NCBI GenBank assembly: GCA_963765765.1
Contig: CAVXYC010000015.1
Location: 224,001 to 288,000, forward strand
Direction of reading: 5' to 3'
DNA length: 64,000 bases
DNA from: an uncultured Chloroflexia bacterium
GTDB taxonomy: Bacteria; Chloroflexota; UBA6077; JACCZL01
Within the stretch, counting starts at the first letter, position 1. The number at the start of each line of letters is the position of its first letter. This document shows positions 1 through 11,288 of this stretch, piece after piece. The notes beneath the pieces are model-generated. The model saw only the letters and a list, made by a program, of their open reading frames with translations. It was not told the DNA's origin and ran no database searches. Both the position numbers and the translations under genes were made by a program.

Positions 1-363
1 AAGTATGACCTGCCGCTCAAGGACATCGTGCATCTCATTCTTAAAGTGAATGCCGGGGCCTACTCGATTGAGGCATCAAATCCTATGCACGATCACGAGT
101 GGGAAGTCTGGGAGAACGTCAAGCTTCCCGCGGGCAAGCAGCTCATTCCGGGTGTTGTTGGTCACTGCACGGATCACATTGAGCACCCGCAGCTCGTTGC
201 CAATCGGCTGACGAAGTACGGCGAGATCGTCGGGCCGGAGAACATCATGGCCGGCACGGATTGCGGCCTGGGCAGTAGGGTGGGGCATCCCAACATCGCC
301 TGGAGCAAATACGAGGCGATGGTTGAGGGAGCTCGCATCGCTTCGAAGAAGCTTTTTAGCTAG
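1..363 (+). CDS. Cobalamin-independent methionine synthase II family protein, C-terminal part (5' truncated by window)
   Basis: Open frame from base 1; LIPGVV, HIEHPQLVANRL and AGTDCGLG motifs typical of the Meth_synt_2 family. Confidence 0.85.
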   Translation, partial: KYDLPLKDIVHLILKVNAGAYSIEASNPMHDHEWEVWENVKLPAGKQLIPGVVGHCTDHIEHPQLVANRLTKYGEIVGPENIMAGTDCGLGSRVGHPNIAWSKYEAMVEGARIASKKLFS

Positions 364-376
364 GCGAGATCAAGCT

Positions 377-406
377 GTGAGACGGGGCGTCGCCCCGTCT
401 CACTTT
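377..406 (+). terminator. Probable intrinsic terminator
   Basis: Perfect inverted repeat GTGAGACGGGGCG-T-CGCCCCGTCTCAC followed by TTT, just after the stop codon. Confidence 0.6.
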
Positions 407-502
407 GGACCGCGGCGGTCCTCACCGCTTCCAACCGAACGGAGCTACCGGAAGACGGCTTCCAGCCTCGTGAGAAAGCGGCGAGGACCGCCGCGGTCCA
501 AA
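404..502. repeat. 27-bp inverted repeat with 45-bp spacer (REP/REPIN-like)
   Basis: TTTGGACCGCGGCGGTCCTCACCGCTT (404-430) versus AAGCGGCGAGGACCGCCGCGGTCCAAA (476-502), 26/27 complementary. Confidence 0.75.
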
Positions 503-533
503 CGTGCTGGACCGCTAGCGCATGTGGCGGTGT

Positions 534-1220
534 TCAGACGGAAGCTTGCCGGCCGAGGATATCCTCCAGCTCCATATTGTTCAGATCACCGATGCGCTCG
601 ATCGACACGTCCGCCGGCGGATATAAAGCAAGGATGTGTGCATCCAGCGCGTAGTGCCCTTGGCGAGGGAAGACGGTCGTCAATCGATCGCTCCAGACAG
701 CCTTCATCGCGGCCAGGATGCGGAGCTTATCGTCAACCATGACGTAATGGTGGGCGGGATAGCGCTCCTCGACATCGTCTAGCATCTGCTCCTTGTGGAT
801 ATAGATCAAGACGTTGCCCCCCACTGCTTCCCATAAACCCGAGCGCTGAACTTTGCGTGGCTGAAACACCACGTCTCCATCGGTCAAGATGACCGTCGGG
901 CCAATTTTCCGAAAGCGTGCGATCACGTCGAGAGCCCCCGGATAGAGACGACTAGAAAACGGGTAGTCCAGCAGAAACGACGAGACTTCCAGGATGTTTG
1001 GATCATGCGGATGCTCGACGCGATACTTTTGAAGCGCGCCAAGATAATCGGCGTATCCGAGCTCTGACCGGATCTCCTCAAATGTTGCCCAATACTGCTC
1101 GGCGTGCTCGACTCCTACCGATTTCCGGAGGTGCCGACGGATGTCATTCCCGACCGGATCGTTGTCAAGTAGAGTGTTATCCACGTCAACCAGGAACACC
1201 AGATCGGCTGGCGCGGTCAT
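534..1220 (-). CDS. HAD-family hydrolase
   Basis: Motif [13 protein letters not shown], motif II ILTDG, motif IV VMVDDK; ATG overlaps the zwf stop (ATGA). Confidence 0.85.
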   Translation of the reverse strand: MTAPADLVFLVDVDNTLLDNDPVGNDIRRHLRKSVGVEHAEQYWATFEEIRSELGYADYLGALQKYRVEHPHDPNILEVSSFLLDYPFSSRLYPGALDVIARFRKIGPTVILTDGDVVFQPRKVQRSGLWEAVGGNVLIYIHKEQMLDDVEERYPAHHYVMVDDKLRILAAMKAVWSDRLTTVFPRQGHYALDAHILALYPPADVSIERIGDLNNMELEDILGRQASV

Positions 1221-2599
1221 GATGCACCCTGCTCGAGAGTTGGGTTGTACCAACCCACTTGACCTGCCTGGAGAATATCGGCTTGAGGCGGTCCCCAGGT
1301 GTTGGGTTCATACTGGTGAAGGGATGTGACGTTGTCCAGGATCGGTTCGACAACTCGCCAGGCAGCCTCGACGCTGCCCTGGTCCGCGAAGAGAGTCGCA
1401 TCGCCTCCCATCGCGTCGGTGAGCAGTCGCTCATAGGGGGCCATCTCATCGCCCGCGTGATGACGGGCAATCAGCTCCACGTCCTCACCAACCATGTCCT
1501 CCCCTGGCAGCTTCGCACGGGCGCCGAGGGCGATCAAGACATCGGGATCGAGTCGAAATCGGAAGCGGTTGGATCGGCGATGCTCGACCTCGCCGAATGA
1601 CGATTGAGGTGGGCGCTTCAAGGTCACCATGATCTCGGTCGCGGTCACCGGCAACCGTTTGCCAGTCCGGATGAAAAATGGAATGCCTGCCCAACGCCAG
1701 GTATCGATCGCCACACGCAATGCAGCGAACGTCTCGACCGTCGAGTCCTGTGCGACTCCTTGTTCTTGCCAGTATCCACGGTATTGGCCCCGAATGACCT
1801 CCGACGGATCGAGCGGCCGCATAGCTTTGAGGATCTGCGTCTTTTCAGCGCGGATGGCCTCGTGGGCGTTTCCGGACGGCGGTTCACAGGCCAGGATCGC
1901 TAGCACCTGCAGGAGATGGTTTTGCACGACGTCGCGAATCGCGCCGGTGCCCTCGTAGAAACGCCCTCGACCGCTGACACCAAAACTCTCGGCCATGGTG
2001 ATTTGCACGCTATCAACGTAGTTACGGTTCCACATCGGCTCCAGAAATGAGTTAGCGAACCGGAAATAGAGTAGGTTCTGAACTGGTTCCTTGCCCAGGA
2101 AGTGATCGATTCGAAAGATGCTCGACTCTGGAAAGTACTCGTGCAGGGTTCTGTTGAGCTTTTGCGCGGAAGCGAGATCATGGCCAAAGGGCTTTTCAAC
2201 CACGACTCGGGCGTTCGTCGCGCAGCCTGACTTCGCCAAGCTAGCCGCCACGGTTGCGAATAGAACGGGCGGAACAGCGAGATAGTGCAACGGGCGTTGA
2301 GCGTTGCCTAACGCCTCGTGCAGACCATCGAAGGTTGACTGTTCACGGTAATCTCCGGCGATGTAGTTGAGTCTTGATGAAAGCGTCTCAAACGCCTTTT
2401 CATCCAGGACACCCCGCTCCTGTAAGCCGGCCCGGATACGGCTGCGCAGATCATCCAGGGTTCCAGAGCTCGCGACGCCGATGATTGGAGTATTGAGATG
2501 ACCGCGTTGAATCATCGCCTGGAGAGCGGCATAGATCTGCTTGTATGCGAGGTCACCGGTGATTCCGAATATGACCAGCGCGTCGGACGGGGCGCTCAT
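1217..2599 (-). CDS. zwf: Glucose-6-phosphate dehydrogenase
   Basis: [39 protein letters not shown] motifs. Confidence 0.97.
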   Translation of the reverse strand: MSAPSDALVIFGITGDLAYKQIYAALQAMIQRGHLNTPIIGVASSGTLDDLRSRIRAGLQERGVLDEKAFETLSSRLNYIAGDYREQSTFDGLHEALGNAQRPLHYLAVPPVLFATVAASLAKSGCATNARVVVEKPFGHDLASAQKLNRTLHEYFPESSIFRIDHFLGKEPVQNLLYFRFANSFLEPMWNRNYVDSVQITMAESFGVSGRGRFYEGTGAIRDVVQNHLLQVLAILACEPPSGNAHEAIRAEKTQILKAMRPLDPSEVIRGQYRGYWQEQGVAQDSTVETFAALRVAIDTWRWAGIPFFIRTGKRLPVTATEIMVTLKRPPQSSFGEVEHRRSNRFRFRLDPDVLIALGARAKLPGEDMVGEDVELIARHHAGDEMAPYERLLTDAMGGDATLFADQGSVEAAWRVVEPILDNVTSLHQYEPNTWGPPQADILQAGQVGWYNPTLEQGAS

Positions 2600-3633
2600 T
2601 CCTTTAGTCCCGGCTCATGTGCGGCCCCGATTTCCAGGTGGCCACCAAACCCGTGCCGCATCGCTGATAGGAGCTTGTCTGCGAAATCACCTTCACCGCG
2701 TGATGTGAATCGCTGGTAGAGCGCTGCGCTGAGTACTGGGGTCGGGATTGCTTCGTCGATGGCTGCGGCAATCGTCCACCGTCCTTCACCAGAATCTGAC
2801 ACGTGGCCCGCGTAATTGGAGAGATCCGGATTCTGCAGGAGCGAGCTTGCTGTGAGATCGAGCAGCCAGGAACGAATGACACTACCGCGTCGCCACACTT
2901 CTGCGATATCCGGCAGGTTCATGTTGAATTGGTAGTACTCAGGCTCATCCAACGGTGTGGTTTCCGCGTTCGTTTCACGCGGTCGCAGTCCAATGTTGGC
3001 CCCGCGAAGAATGTTCATGCCCTCCGCGTACGCAGCCATCAGGCCGTATTCGATGCCGTTGTGCACCATCTTGACGAAGTGACCCGCGCCGTTCGACCCG
3101 CAATGAAGGTAGCCTTGCTCGGCCGTACCTCCAAGCGCCTCGCGGCCGGCCGTTCGGGGTGCAGCCTCGATGCCGGGCGCCAACGTTGAAAAGATAGGGT
3201 CGAGATGTCGGACGATCCCGTCCTCACCGCCGATCATCAGGCAGTAGCCTTGTTCGAGCCCCCAGACTCCGCCGCTCGTGCCAACGTCAACGTAGTGGAC
3301 CCCACTTCGTTTTAGCTCTTTTGCCCGCCGAATGTCGCCGTGGAAATGCGAATTTCCACCGTCGATGACGATATCGCCCGGCTCCAGCATGGGAACCAGC
3401 GTTGCCAGCTCCTCATCCACGACGCCAGCGGGCAGCATGAACCACACGATGCGAGGCGGACTGAGGCGCTTCACCAGGTCGGCTAGTGAGCCTGCGACGC
3501 TGGCCCCGTCCGCACCTAGCGCCGCGGCCGCCTGGGCATTGAGATCATAAACCACGCATTCATGGCCTGATCTCATGAGTCGACGAACCATGCTGGAGCC
3601 CATGCGTCCCAGTCCGAGCATGCCGAGCTGCAT
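2596..3633 (-). CDS. gnd: 6-phosphogluconate dehydrogenase, decarboxylating (short YqeC type)
   Basis: [39 protein letters not shown] motifs. Confidence 0.96.
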   Translation of the reverse strand: MQLGMLGLGRMGSSMVRRLMRSGHECVVYDLNAQAAAALGADGASVAGSLADLVKRLSPPRIVWFMLPAGVVDEELATLVPMLEPGDIVIDGGNSHFHGDIRRAKELKRSGVHYVDVGTSGGVWGLEQGYCLMIGGEDGIVRHLDPIFSTLAPGIEAAPRTAGREALGGTAEQGYLHCGSNGAGHFVKMVHNGIEYGLMAAYAEGMNILRGANIGLRPRETNAETTPLDEPEYYQFNMNLPDIAEVWRRGSVIRSWLLDLTASSLLQNPDLSNYAGHVSDSGEGRWTIAAAIDEAIPTPVLSAALYQRFTSRGEGDFADKLLSAMRHGFGGHLEIGAAHEPGLKE

Positions 3634-4064
3634 TTAACGTTTCCTCCCGAATGCTTGCCGCGCGAAGCTCGTGTCACTCAGTCGCCTGATCCGTTCCGTC
3701 CCTGAGCGCACGGTTCCGTCGCTCGGCAGTCGAATCTGGATTAATTTGTACATAGGTTCAATTTGGACAGTTTGGCCCGAGAACGTATTCGCGTCTGAGG
3801 TTACCCACTGCCCGTACTCTATTAGATCGCATGCACCGTGAAGGCGGCGGATCCGAAGGGGAGCACCCGAAATTCCACGATGCTGACGGTCCATCGCGTC
3901 AATGCGAGATCGGGCGGTCCAGGATCGGTCTTCTGGGACGAGCCCTGGCGTCGCTATCGGGAATGCGTCATCTAAGTACGCTTGTCCGACGTTCGCGATC
4001 AAGATCGATCCCTTACCATTGGTGTTGATCGATTCATTCGGGGACGATTGACAGAGGAGATTCG

Positions 4065-5087
4065 ATGCCTGGCTATGCTCGTTCGCTCGTCGTGATCGCT
4101 CTGCTCGCCGTCATCCTGCCGCTGACAGCCGTGGTTACCCGCTCGGCGCAGGAGCCAACGACGAGTGTGCTCGGTTGGTACGACCTTCCCAAAGATGATC
4201 AGCGGAGTCAAGAGGTCTCTGGACTGACCTGGGATCCGGAGAGCGCCACCCTCTACGGCATTACAGATGATGCTCCCCGGATTGTGCGGTTGAATACGGG
4301 CGAAGACTTTCGATCGGTGAGCTTTGGGGAGACAATCACAGTAACGGTGCCGGACCTGTGGGACGGTGAAGCAATTGCCCGGACGAGCACCAGTTTCTTC
4401 ATCACGAACGAAAACGGGCCGCACATCTACGAGCTTGACCACACCGGTCAGCTTGTCTCCTGGGTGCCGGTTCCCGGTCATTTCAATCGCATCCGTCCGA
4501 ATCAGTCTCTGGAGTCACTCACGATCGCCGATGACGGCCGATACGTCTTCACGGCCAACGAGCAGGCACTCGACGGAGACGGCCCTCGGGCAACGGTGGA
4601 AGCTGGGACGGTCGTGCGAATCGTTCGTTTCGACCGAGCCACACAAGACACGCTGGAATGGGCATATGAGACCGATCCGGTATTCGCATCAGGAGAGGGA
4701 GGAGACAACGGTGTTGCCGAGCTTGCGGCGCTTTCCGCTTCAGATCTTCTCGTGCTGGAACGATCATTCGTGCCCAACGTTGGAAACAGTATTCGCATTT
4801 ACCGAGTGAGCTTAGCGGAGCCAACGAACATCTTCGAGCTTGGCGTGCTTTCCAGCGATACGCCAGTCGTAGCCAAAACGCTGGTTGTCGACCTGGCAAC
4901 GCTGCCGGACACGGATTTTCCGCCAACGCTCCAGCCCCAGCCGAACCGGGTCCTGGACAACTTTGAAGGGCTCGCGCTCGGTCCGGTCTTGCCCGATGGA
5001 CGACGGGTGATCTTCCTGATTAGCGACGACAACAAGCGAACAACCCAGATTCCGCGCTTGCTGACGCTGGCCGTGGCCGGGTTGTAG
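4065..5087 (+). CDS. Secreted esterase-like activity of phytase family protein
   Basis: N-terminal signal peptide; VSGL, NQSLESL, LVLER, DNFEGLALGP, ISDDN motifs. Confidence 0.8.
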   Translation: MPGYARSLVVIALLAVILPLTAVVTRSAQEPTTSVLGWYDLPKDDQRSQEVSGLTWDPESATLYGITDDAPRIVRLNTGEDFRSVSFGETITVTVPDLWDGEAIARTSTSFFITNENGPHIYELDHTGQLVSWVPVPGHFNRIRPNQSLESLTIADDGRYVFTANEQALDGDGPRATVEAGTVVRIVRFDRATQDTLEWAYETDPVFASGEGGDNGVAELAALSASDLLVLERSFVPNVGNSIRIYRVSLAEPTNIFELGVLSSDTPVVAKTLVVDLATLPDTDFPPTLQPQPNRVLDNFEGLALGPVLPDGRRVIFLISDDNKRTTQIPRLLTLAVAGL

Positions 5088-5132
5088 AGCTCACTGCCAG
5101 CCATTCGCGGCGTCAAGACAGGCTAGGCTGCC

Positions 5133-5866
5133 ATGTTGCGACTAGGTGAGTCTGAGCCACTTGCTGCCGCTCTGCTGCTTGTCGTTCATCAGGGTGACCT
5201 CGCTTCCCTGAATCGACTGCTCGAAGAGCATTCAGAACTTGCTGGGGTCACGATTGTTCGGCCTGGGACGGGGGAGAACCGGGAATTCAGTTACCCGGCT
5301 CTATGCGCCGCCACAGGTTGGCCGGGACATTTCCCGAATGTCGGCGAATCGATTCGACTTCTGATTGCGGCCGGGGCAGACGTTCATTCGCACTGCTCGG
5401 GTCTACATGAGGAGACGCCACTTCATTGGGCGGCTAGCAGCGACGGTCTCGAGGCTTTGGATGCGCTACTGGACGCGGGCGCTGATATCGACGCCCAGGG
5501 CGGCGTTATAGCCGGCGGGACACCATTGGCGGACGCGGTTGCCTTTGGTCAATGGAAGGCGGCCAGGCGCCTCATCGAGCGAGGTGGGAAAACGGAACTG
5601 TGGCAAGCGGTGACACTGGGGCTCTTGGGATACCTGAGGAGCACTTCGCCTTCAATGCACCCACTTGCGAGGAGGTCACAGCGGCGTTCTGGTGTGCTTG
5701 CCACGGCGGGCGGCAGGCGACCGCTGAGTATCTTCTTGCACGCAGAGCCGACCTCAACTGGGTCGGCTATGACGATCTGACGCCACTGGACGCGGCCGTA
5801 CGCGCCGGGAATCACGACCTGGTGACATGGTTGCCCTGGCAGGGCACCGCGTCAACTAAGGCTTGA
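5133..5866 (+). CDS. Ankyrin-repeat protein, frameshifted near 5635
   Basis: ETPLHWAAS, GTPLADAV in first frame; AFWCACHGG and LTPLDAAVRAGN continue in a second frame. Confidence 0.75.
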
Positions 5867-6138
5867 GCCTGATCGGCAGCGCTTGGGTGTTGTTCGATGG
5901 TCGTCGCCTCTTCTGGATTCTGGGGACGGAGCGTTTCTGATCCGCTGATGGTTCGTTGCGTTGCGGTTGCAGGAATCGTCTGATCGGCGCATGTGCACCG
6001 AGGTACTGCTCCCTCACTCTGGCAGGGACCGCGGTGGAGAGAGCAACGACATCTGCTCCTACTGAGCCAAGTATCATTGGCGGGTTACATTCCCAAGCCT
6101 GGAGCTACGTGCAATGATGCCGGACCTCGCGACGGATC

Positions 6139-7359
6139 GTGCCTACCATGACTGATCCAGCTTCTGTCTCCCCAGGGGCGCTATCGGGCGTCCGCGTTCT
6201 CGACATGGCCACGTTCATCGCAGGTCCGTTCTGCGCCGGGCTGCTTGCCGAGTTTGGCGCGGACGTTATCAAGATCGAGCAGCCTGGCGTTGGCGATTCC
6301 CTTCGCGAGCTTGGTGAGAAGGTCAACGACCGGGCACTGTTCTGGGCGCTCGAGGATCGCGGTCGGCGTTCGGTGACGTGCAACCTCCGCGTGGCGCGTG
6401 GACAGGAGCTGGCGCTGGAGCTCATCAAGCAAAGCGACATCGTGGTGGAAAACTTCCGTCCCGGCACGCTGGAGCGCTGGAACCTCAGCTATGAACGTAT
6501 GCGCGAAGTCAACCCGGGCGTGGTGCTGGTGCGCGTCTCGGCGTATGGGCAGACGGGCCCCTATTCGGAGCGGCCGGGGTTTGGTCGAATCGCGCAGGCG
6601 TTTGGTGGACTTACCTACCTGGCCGGCTTTCCGGATCGTCCGCCAGTGCTGCCTGGATCGGCGACGCTCGCGGACTATGCGGCGGGCTTGTTCTCGGCGC
6701 TCTCTGCGCTGGCCGCGAAGCATCATCGCGATCGAACGGGCGAAGGCCAGCAGATCGACATCTCTCTTTACGAGAGCATATTCCGCTTCTGCGACGTGCT
6801 TGCTCTAGCGTATGACTCGCTGGGCATCGTACGCGAGCGTGTTGGCACCGCGGCGCACGCGGCACCGCACAACCATTACCCCACGGGCGATGGAAAATGG
6901 ATCGCCATCGCCTGCACCAACGATCGAATCTTTCGGCGCTTGGCTGCCTGCATGGAGCAGGAATCATGGGGGACCGACCCAGCCTTCGACACGATGGAGA
7001 AGCGCTCGGCGAATCGCGTTGAGGTCGATGCCCGCGTGACGGCCTGGACGTCCTCTCTGCCGATGTCGGAGCTACGCGAGCGGCTGGACGCAGCCGAAGT
7101 CCCAACGAGCCCGATCTACAGCATCAAGGATGCGTTCGATGACGAGCAGTATCAGGCGCGGGGAACGCTCCAAGTGGTGAATGACCCGGTCATCGGCCCG
7201 GTCATGATGCCATCACCCGTGCCGAGACTCTCGCTTACGCCTACTGGCATCCAGCGGCCAGCGCCAGCCGTGGGGGAGCACAACGAGGAGATCTACGGCG
7301 AGCTTCTCGGTCTTGGGCCGGCGGAGTTGGAGAAATTGAAATCGGACGGAGTGATCTAG
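6139..7359 (+). CDS. CaiB/BaiF family III CoA transferase
   Basis: LSGVRVLD, AGPF, GADVIKIE, VENFRPG, catalytic-region LADYAAG, GEHNEEI. Confidence 0.93.
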   Translation: MPTMTDPASVSPGALSGVRVLDMATFIAGPFCAGLLAEFGADVIKIEQPGVGDSLRELGEKVNDRALFWALEDRGRRSVTCNLRVARGQELALELIKQSDIVVENFRPGTLERWNLSYERMREVNPGVVLVRVSAYGQTGPYSERPGFGRIAQAFGGLTYLAGFPDRPPVLPGSATLADYAAGLFSALSALAAKHHRDRTGEGQQIDISLYESIFRFCDVLALAYDSLGIVRERVGTAAHAAPHNHYPTGDGKWIAIACTNDRIFRRLAACMEQESWGTDPAFDTMEKRSANRVEVDARVTAWTSSLPMSELRERLDAAEVPTSPIYSIKDAFDDEQYQARGTLQVVNDPVIGPVMMPSPVPRLSLTPTGIQRPAPAVGEHNEEIYGELLGLGPAELEKLKSDGVI

Positions 7360-7393
7360 GTGCCCGTTTGACCCAGATTGCCAAGGCTCCTGG

Positions 7394-7969
7394 CTAAGCT
7401 AGTGCAGCGCGGGCGGCGAGAATTTGATCCTTCACCGCGGCCGGCTCCTGAAGGTCGTGCAGAGTCAGGTGCGAGGGATGGTACTCGAGTCGCCCGTTCT
7501 CGCCTAATCGCTCCAACGCTGAGCCGCCAAGGAGCAGGACGTTGCCCCATCCTCGGTTGTCCTCCGCCTCGATGCGAGGAAGCTGGCTCAGTGGGATAAC
7601 ACTGAGCGTCGGTGACCAGACTCCGCGGCGAAGGATCAAGCGACGGTTGGTCAGAACGTACTCGGTGTGACTCCACTCACGGGCGGCAACAACCAGTGGA
7701 CCGTAGATGAGAAGCACGCCTATCACAATAGATGGCAGTGCCCAGAAGAAGACTAGGTTGTGGATGATCGGCTCAACCCCGCCGGCCAATACCACGGACA
7801 CCGCAAACCAAAAGGCCATGATGACGACCATGCCCATGCCACACGCACTTACCGTCCCATATTTCCGAAGGAATAGCCCGCGGTCAGGCTTGGCCGTCCA
7901 AAGGATCGTTTCGCCCGGAAGTAAGAATGGATGGAGGTATTCGGGAGCCTGATGCTGCTGCGTGGCCAT
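7394..7969 (-). CDS. Membrane protein with bacterial PH domain
   Basis: LLPGETILW, two hydrophobic helices, TEYVLTNRRLILRRG. Confidence 0.7.
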   Translation of the reverse strand: MATQQHQAPEYLHPFLLPGETILWTAKPDRGLFLRKYGTVSACGMGMVVIMAFWFAVSVVLAGGVEPIIHNLVFFWALPSIVIGVLLIYGPLVVAAREWSHTEYVLTNRRLILRRGVWSPTLSVIPLSQLPRIEAEDNRGWGNVLLLGGSALERLGENGRLEYHPSHLTLHDLQEPAAVKDQILAARAALA

Positions 7970-8043
7970 TAATGTAATTGTATGTCGAGTGATGGACATT
8001 CAGCGTAAAAGAGCGTTCTCCGCGTAGCGTTAAATTCCGAGCT

Positions 8044-9483
8044 TTACGCGCTCGCGGCTGAAGTGCTCACATCCGACATCGGTGCCCAGGATGGCTCAGC
8101 AGGAAGTGTGACCCGGAACGTGCTGCCCTGACCGGGATAACTTTCGACCTGCACTGAGCCGCCATGGGCCGTAACGATCTCTCGAACGATGGCCAGGCCA
8201 AGCCCGGTTCCGCCGGTCGATCGTCGGCGCGCGGAATCAACGCGATAGAACCTATCGAAGATGTGTGGGATGTGCTCTGGAGCAATGCCGGGGCCCGTAT
8301 CGGACACCTCCAGGATGCCCCGACGACCACGCCGCGTCACCGTCACACGCACGGTTGATTCGGGTTCGCCATACTGAGTGGCGTTCTCCACCAGATTCAC
8401 CACCACTCGCCGAAGCTGCTCGGCGTTGCCCTGGACGACGAGCCCGTCCTGCGCATCCACCTCGAATTCGTTTCCAGGAGCCTGGTCATGGAAGCTCGCA
8501 ATCGCTGAGCGGACCAGCTCATCCAGGCGAACGGGCTCCTGCGTCTGGCGCTCTTGACCTTCTACTTCAGCCAGAAGGAGTAGGTCGTCGACCAGGCGCC
8601 GCATCCGTTGTGCCTCCGCGAGCGTTTCATCGGCTACCTCCTCGCGCGTCGCGGCATCAATGTCCAATCTCAACAGGTCCAAATTGGTGTGGATCACAGT
8701 GAGCGGATTGCGGAGCTCGTGCGCAGTATCGGCAAGCAGATTCCGCTGGGTGTCGAGGAGGGCTCGCAGGCGTGCCGTCGTTTGTTGGAGCGCGCGTGCC
8801 AGGCGGCTCGCTTCATCATTGCCTGATACCTGAGGTATTGGGCGATCAACATCCCCAGTCGCGGCAATGGCCTCCGCGGCGACTGTGATGTCGGTTAGAT
8901 CGTGGAGCAACCGGCTCACGCTGAGCCAGGTGAAACCCAGAATGACGGAAAAGATGGCCAGGCTGGAGAGCGTCAGGACAATGTCCGCTCCACGGATCGC
9001 CGAGTCCAGAAAGTGAAGCGATTGTCCCACCTGCACAAACACGGTCCCGCTCTCAGTTTGTACGGGGATCACATACACACGTACTCGTTCATTCGAAGCC
9101 AGAGGCACCGTGCTGAAAAGCGGTTGATTATTTTCCGCGTGAGTCAGAGCGTCGGGTGGTAAGGGCAGGCTTGCATCGCCCAGATTCGTCGACCGCGCCA
9201 GAATGGAACCGTCGGCACCGACGATCTGGACGTACAGACCCGGTGTGGAGAATTCATCTGCCATGCCGCCAGCCCCGACTGGTCGATCCCCGATGCGCGG
9301 GGGTTGGCCCACTTCTCCCGAGCCAAGGTCACTTACTACGGCGGCAGCGCGAGCATTCAACAGCTCATCAACTTCGCGTGTCAGCACTGTCTGAAGGAGC
9401 AAATGCACCATCAGTCCCAGAATCGCCAGGCCGATTCCAAGCACGGTGGCCATCCGCAGAAGGAGGCGGGTTCGGAGCGACAT
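8044..9483 (-). CDS. HAMP-domain sensor histidine kinase
   Basis: Two TM segments, H-box DTAHELRNPL, N-box NLVENA, G1 DTGPGI, F-box FDRFYR, G2 GTGLGL. Confidence 0.95.
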   Translation of the reverse strand: MSLRTRLLLRMATVLGIGLAILGLMVHLLLQTVLTREVDELLNARAAAVVSDLGSGEVGQPPRIGDRPVGAGGMADEFSTPGLYVQIVGADGSILARSTNLGDASLPLPPDALTHAENNQPLFSTVPLASNERVRVYVIPVQTESGTVFVQVGQSLHFLDSAIRGADIVLTLSSLAIFSVILGFTWLSVSRLLHDLTDITVAAEAIAATGDVDRPIPQVSGNDEASRLARALQQTTARLRALLDTQRNLLADTAHELRNPLTVIHTNLDLLRLDIDAATREEVADETLAEAQRMRRLVDDLLLLAEVEGQERQTQEPVRLDELVRSAIASFHDQAPGNEFEVDAQDGLVVQGNAEQLRRVVVNLVENATQYGEPESTVRVTVTRRGRRGILEVSDTGPGIAPEHIPHIFDRFYRVDSARRRSTGGTGLGLAIVREIVTAHGGSVQVESYPGQGSTFRVTLPAEPSWAPMSDVSTSAASA

Positions 9484-9522
9484 CAGGTGGACCTCAACTC
9501 GGCCGCCACTGGCGGAGGGAAG

Positions 9523-10200
9523 TCATTCTTCGCGGAGTGCGTAGCCCACGCCGCGAACCGTCTGGAGCAGGCGAGTCTCGTCACTCTGCTCCAACTTGTC
9601 GCGCAGATTGCTCACATTCACATCGATAACCTTAGATCCGCCGAGGAAATCAGATCCCCAGACGGCTTGAAAGATCATCTGCCGAGTAAGCACGCGGTTT
9701 GGGTTGCGAAGAAAGAACTCCAGGAGCTCAAACTCGCGCGCAGTGAGATCCAGGCGTTTGCCGGCTCGTCGGGCCTCTCGCGATGCTGGATTAAGCTCGA
9801 TGTCGCCGTACCGTAGTACCTCGCTGGGGTGCGGACGCGCTCGGCGCAGCAGCGCGCGGATCCGATGAAGGAGCTCAGGGAACGCGAAAGGTTTAACCAG
9901 ATAGTCATCGGCGCCACTCTCAAAGCCAGCAACCTTGTCTTCGAGCGATCCACGCGCAGTCAACATGAGGATTGGAGAATCGATCCCGCGACGAATGCGC
10001 CGCGCCACCTCTAGCCCATCCATTCCCGGTAGCATGAGATCCAGCACGATAAGATCTGGCTCACGCTCAGCGGCGATATCGAAGGCGCTCGGCCCGTCGG
10101 ATGCTACCGCGACGTCGAAGCCTTCAAAGCTGAGACGCCGACTCAGCGCGGACGCGACGGCAGGGTCGTCTTCGACGATCAGGATGCGGGGGTCGGGCAT
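9523..10200 (-). CDS. OmpR/PhoB-family response regulator (MprA-like)
   Basis: ILIVEDD, LDLMLP, GADDYLVKPF, C-terminal TVRGVGY. Confidence 0.95.
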   Translation of the reverse strand: MPDPRILIVEDDPAVASALSRRLSFEGFDVAVASDGPSAFDIAAEREPDLIVLDLMLPGMDGLEVARRIRRGIDSPILMLTARGSLEDKVAGFESGADDYLVKPFAFPELLHRIRALLRRARPHPSEVLRYGDIELNPASREARRAGKRLDLTAREFELLEFFLRNPNRVLTRQMIFQAVWGSDFLGGSKVIDVNVSNLRDKLEQSDETRLLQTVRGVGYALREE

Positions 10201-10347
10201 ATCGACGTATCACGCGGGGCCGCACGTTCAATGGTAAAGAGGCCTTTACGAAACTCTAAATCCTGCGTTACCGGCGAGCCCATCCTTGCCAATTATCATA
10301 CGGGCACGGGGCCAGAAGGCCCGGATTGAATCACCTTTCGGAGGTGA

Positions 10348-11229
10348 ATGAAGTACATGGGATTCAACGGATTGAAAACAGCAGCCCTGCTGGCAGTGCT
10401 CACGGCATTGCTCGTGTTGATTGGTGGGGTGCTCGGCGGACAGAGCGGCATGGTCATCGCCTTCGGCTTTGCCATCGTCATGAATATGGGCTCGTACTGG
10501 TTCTCGGACAAGATTGCGCTCAAAATGGCGGGTGCGCACGAGGTCACTGAGGAAGAGGCACCCCAGCTTTACTCGCTGATTCGTGAACTGACGGCATATG
10601 CCCGATTGCCAATGCCCCGTGTTGCCATGATGGAGGAGCTTGCGCCCAACGCGTTTGCCACGGGGCGGGATCCAAACCACGCGGTGGTGGCCGTCACTAC
10701 GGGCATCATGCAGATTCTGGATCGGCGGGAGCTGGCCGGGGTGCTGGCGCACGAGCTTGGCCATGTGAAGAATCGCGACATCCTTATTAGTTCCGTGGCC
10801 GCTACCGTGGCGGGCGCGATCACGATGTTGGCGAACATGGCGCAGTGGGCAATGATTTTCGGCGGCTTCCGCGGTAACAATGATGATGACGATGGTGGCG
10901 GAATTGGCGGCCTCGTGAGCGGCCTGGTGATGATCATTGTGGCACCCATCGCAGCGATGCTGATCCAGATGGCCATCTCGCGAGCACGCGAGTTCGGTGC
11001 CGATGAGGCTGGTGCGCGGATCCACGGAGATCCTCTCGCTCTTGCGTCGGCTCTGGAGAAGCTAGAAGCGGCGTCGGGTCGTGTTCCACTCCCTGTCAGC
11101 CCAGCCGCTTCGCATATGTTCATCGTCAAGCCTAATACGGGGTGGTCGATGCAGAATTTGTTCAGCACGCACCCGCCCATTCCGGAGCGCGTGGCGCGAC
11201 TGCGCCGAATGGCTGGTCTCCCCAGCTAA
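10348..11229 (+). CDS. htpX: Zinc metalloprotease HtpX (start may be ATG at 10357)
   Basis: [30 protein letters not shown]. Confidence 0.95.
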   Translation: MKYMGFNGLKTAALLAVLTALLVLIGGVLGGQSGMVIAFGFAIVMNMGSYWFSDKIALKMAGAHEVTEEEAPQLYSLIRELTAYARLPMPRVAMMEELAPNAFATGRDPNHAVVAVTTGIMQILDRRELAGVLAHELGHVKNRDILISSVAATVAGAITMLANMAQWAMIFGGFRGNNDDDDGGGIGGLVSGLVMIIVAPIAAMLIQMAISRAREFGADEAGARIHGDPLALASALEKLEAASGRVPLPVSPAASHMFIVKPNTGWSMQNLFSTHPPIPERVARLRRMAGLPS

Positions 11230-11252
11230 TCTGAACACCTCCTCTCCTTCGC

Positions 11253-11288
11253 AAACGGGCTGCCTTCCGCCAAGGCAGCCCGTTTTCT
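11253..11288 (+). terminator. Intrinsic terminator after htpX
   Basis: AAACGGGCTGCCTT-ccgcc-AAGGCAGCCCGTTT followed by TCT. Confidence 0.8.

Noticed and set aside
3634-4481. ORFs 3634-4002 and 3999-4481, and the many antisense ORFs across the track
   Set aside because: No recognisable motifs; typical shadow ORFs of GC-rich DNA, mostly overlapping well-supported genes
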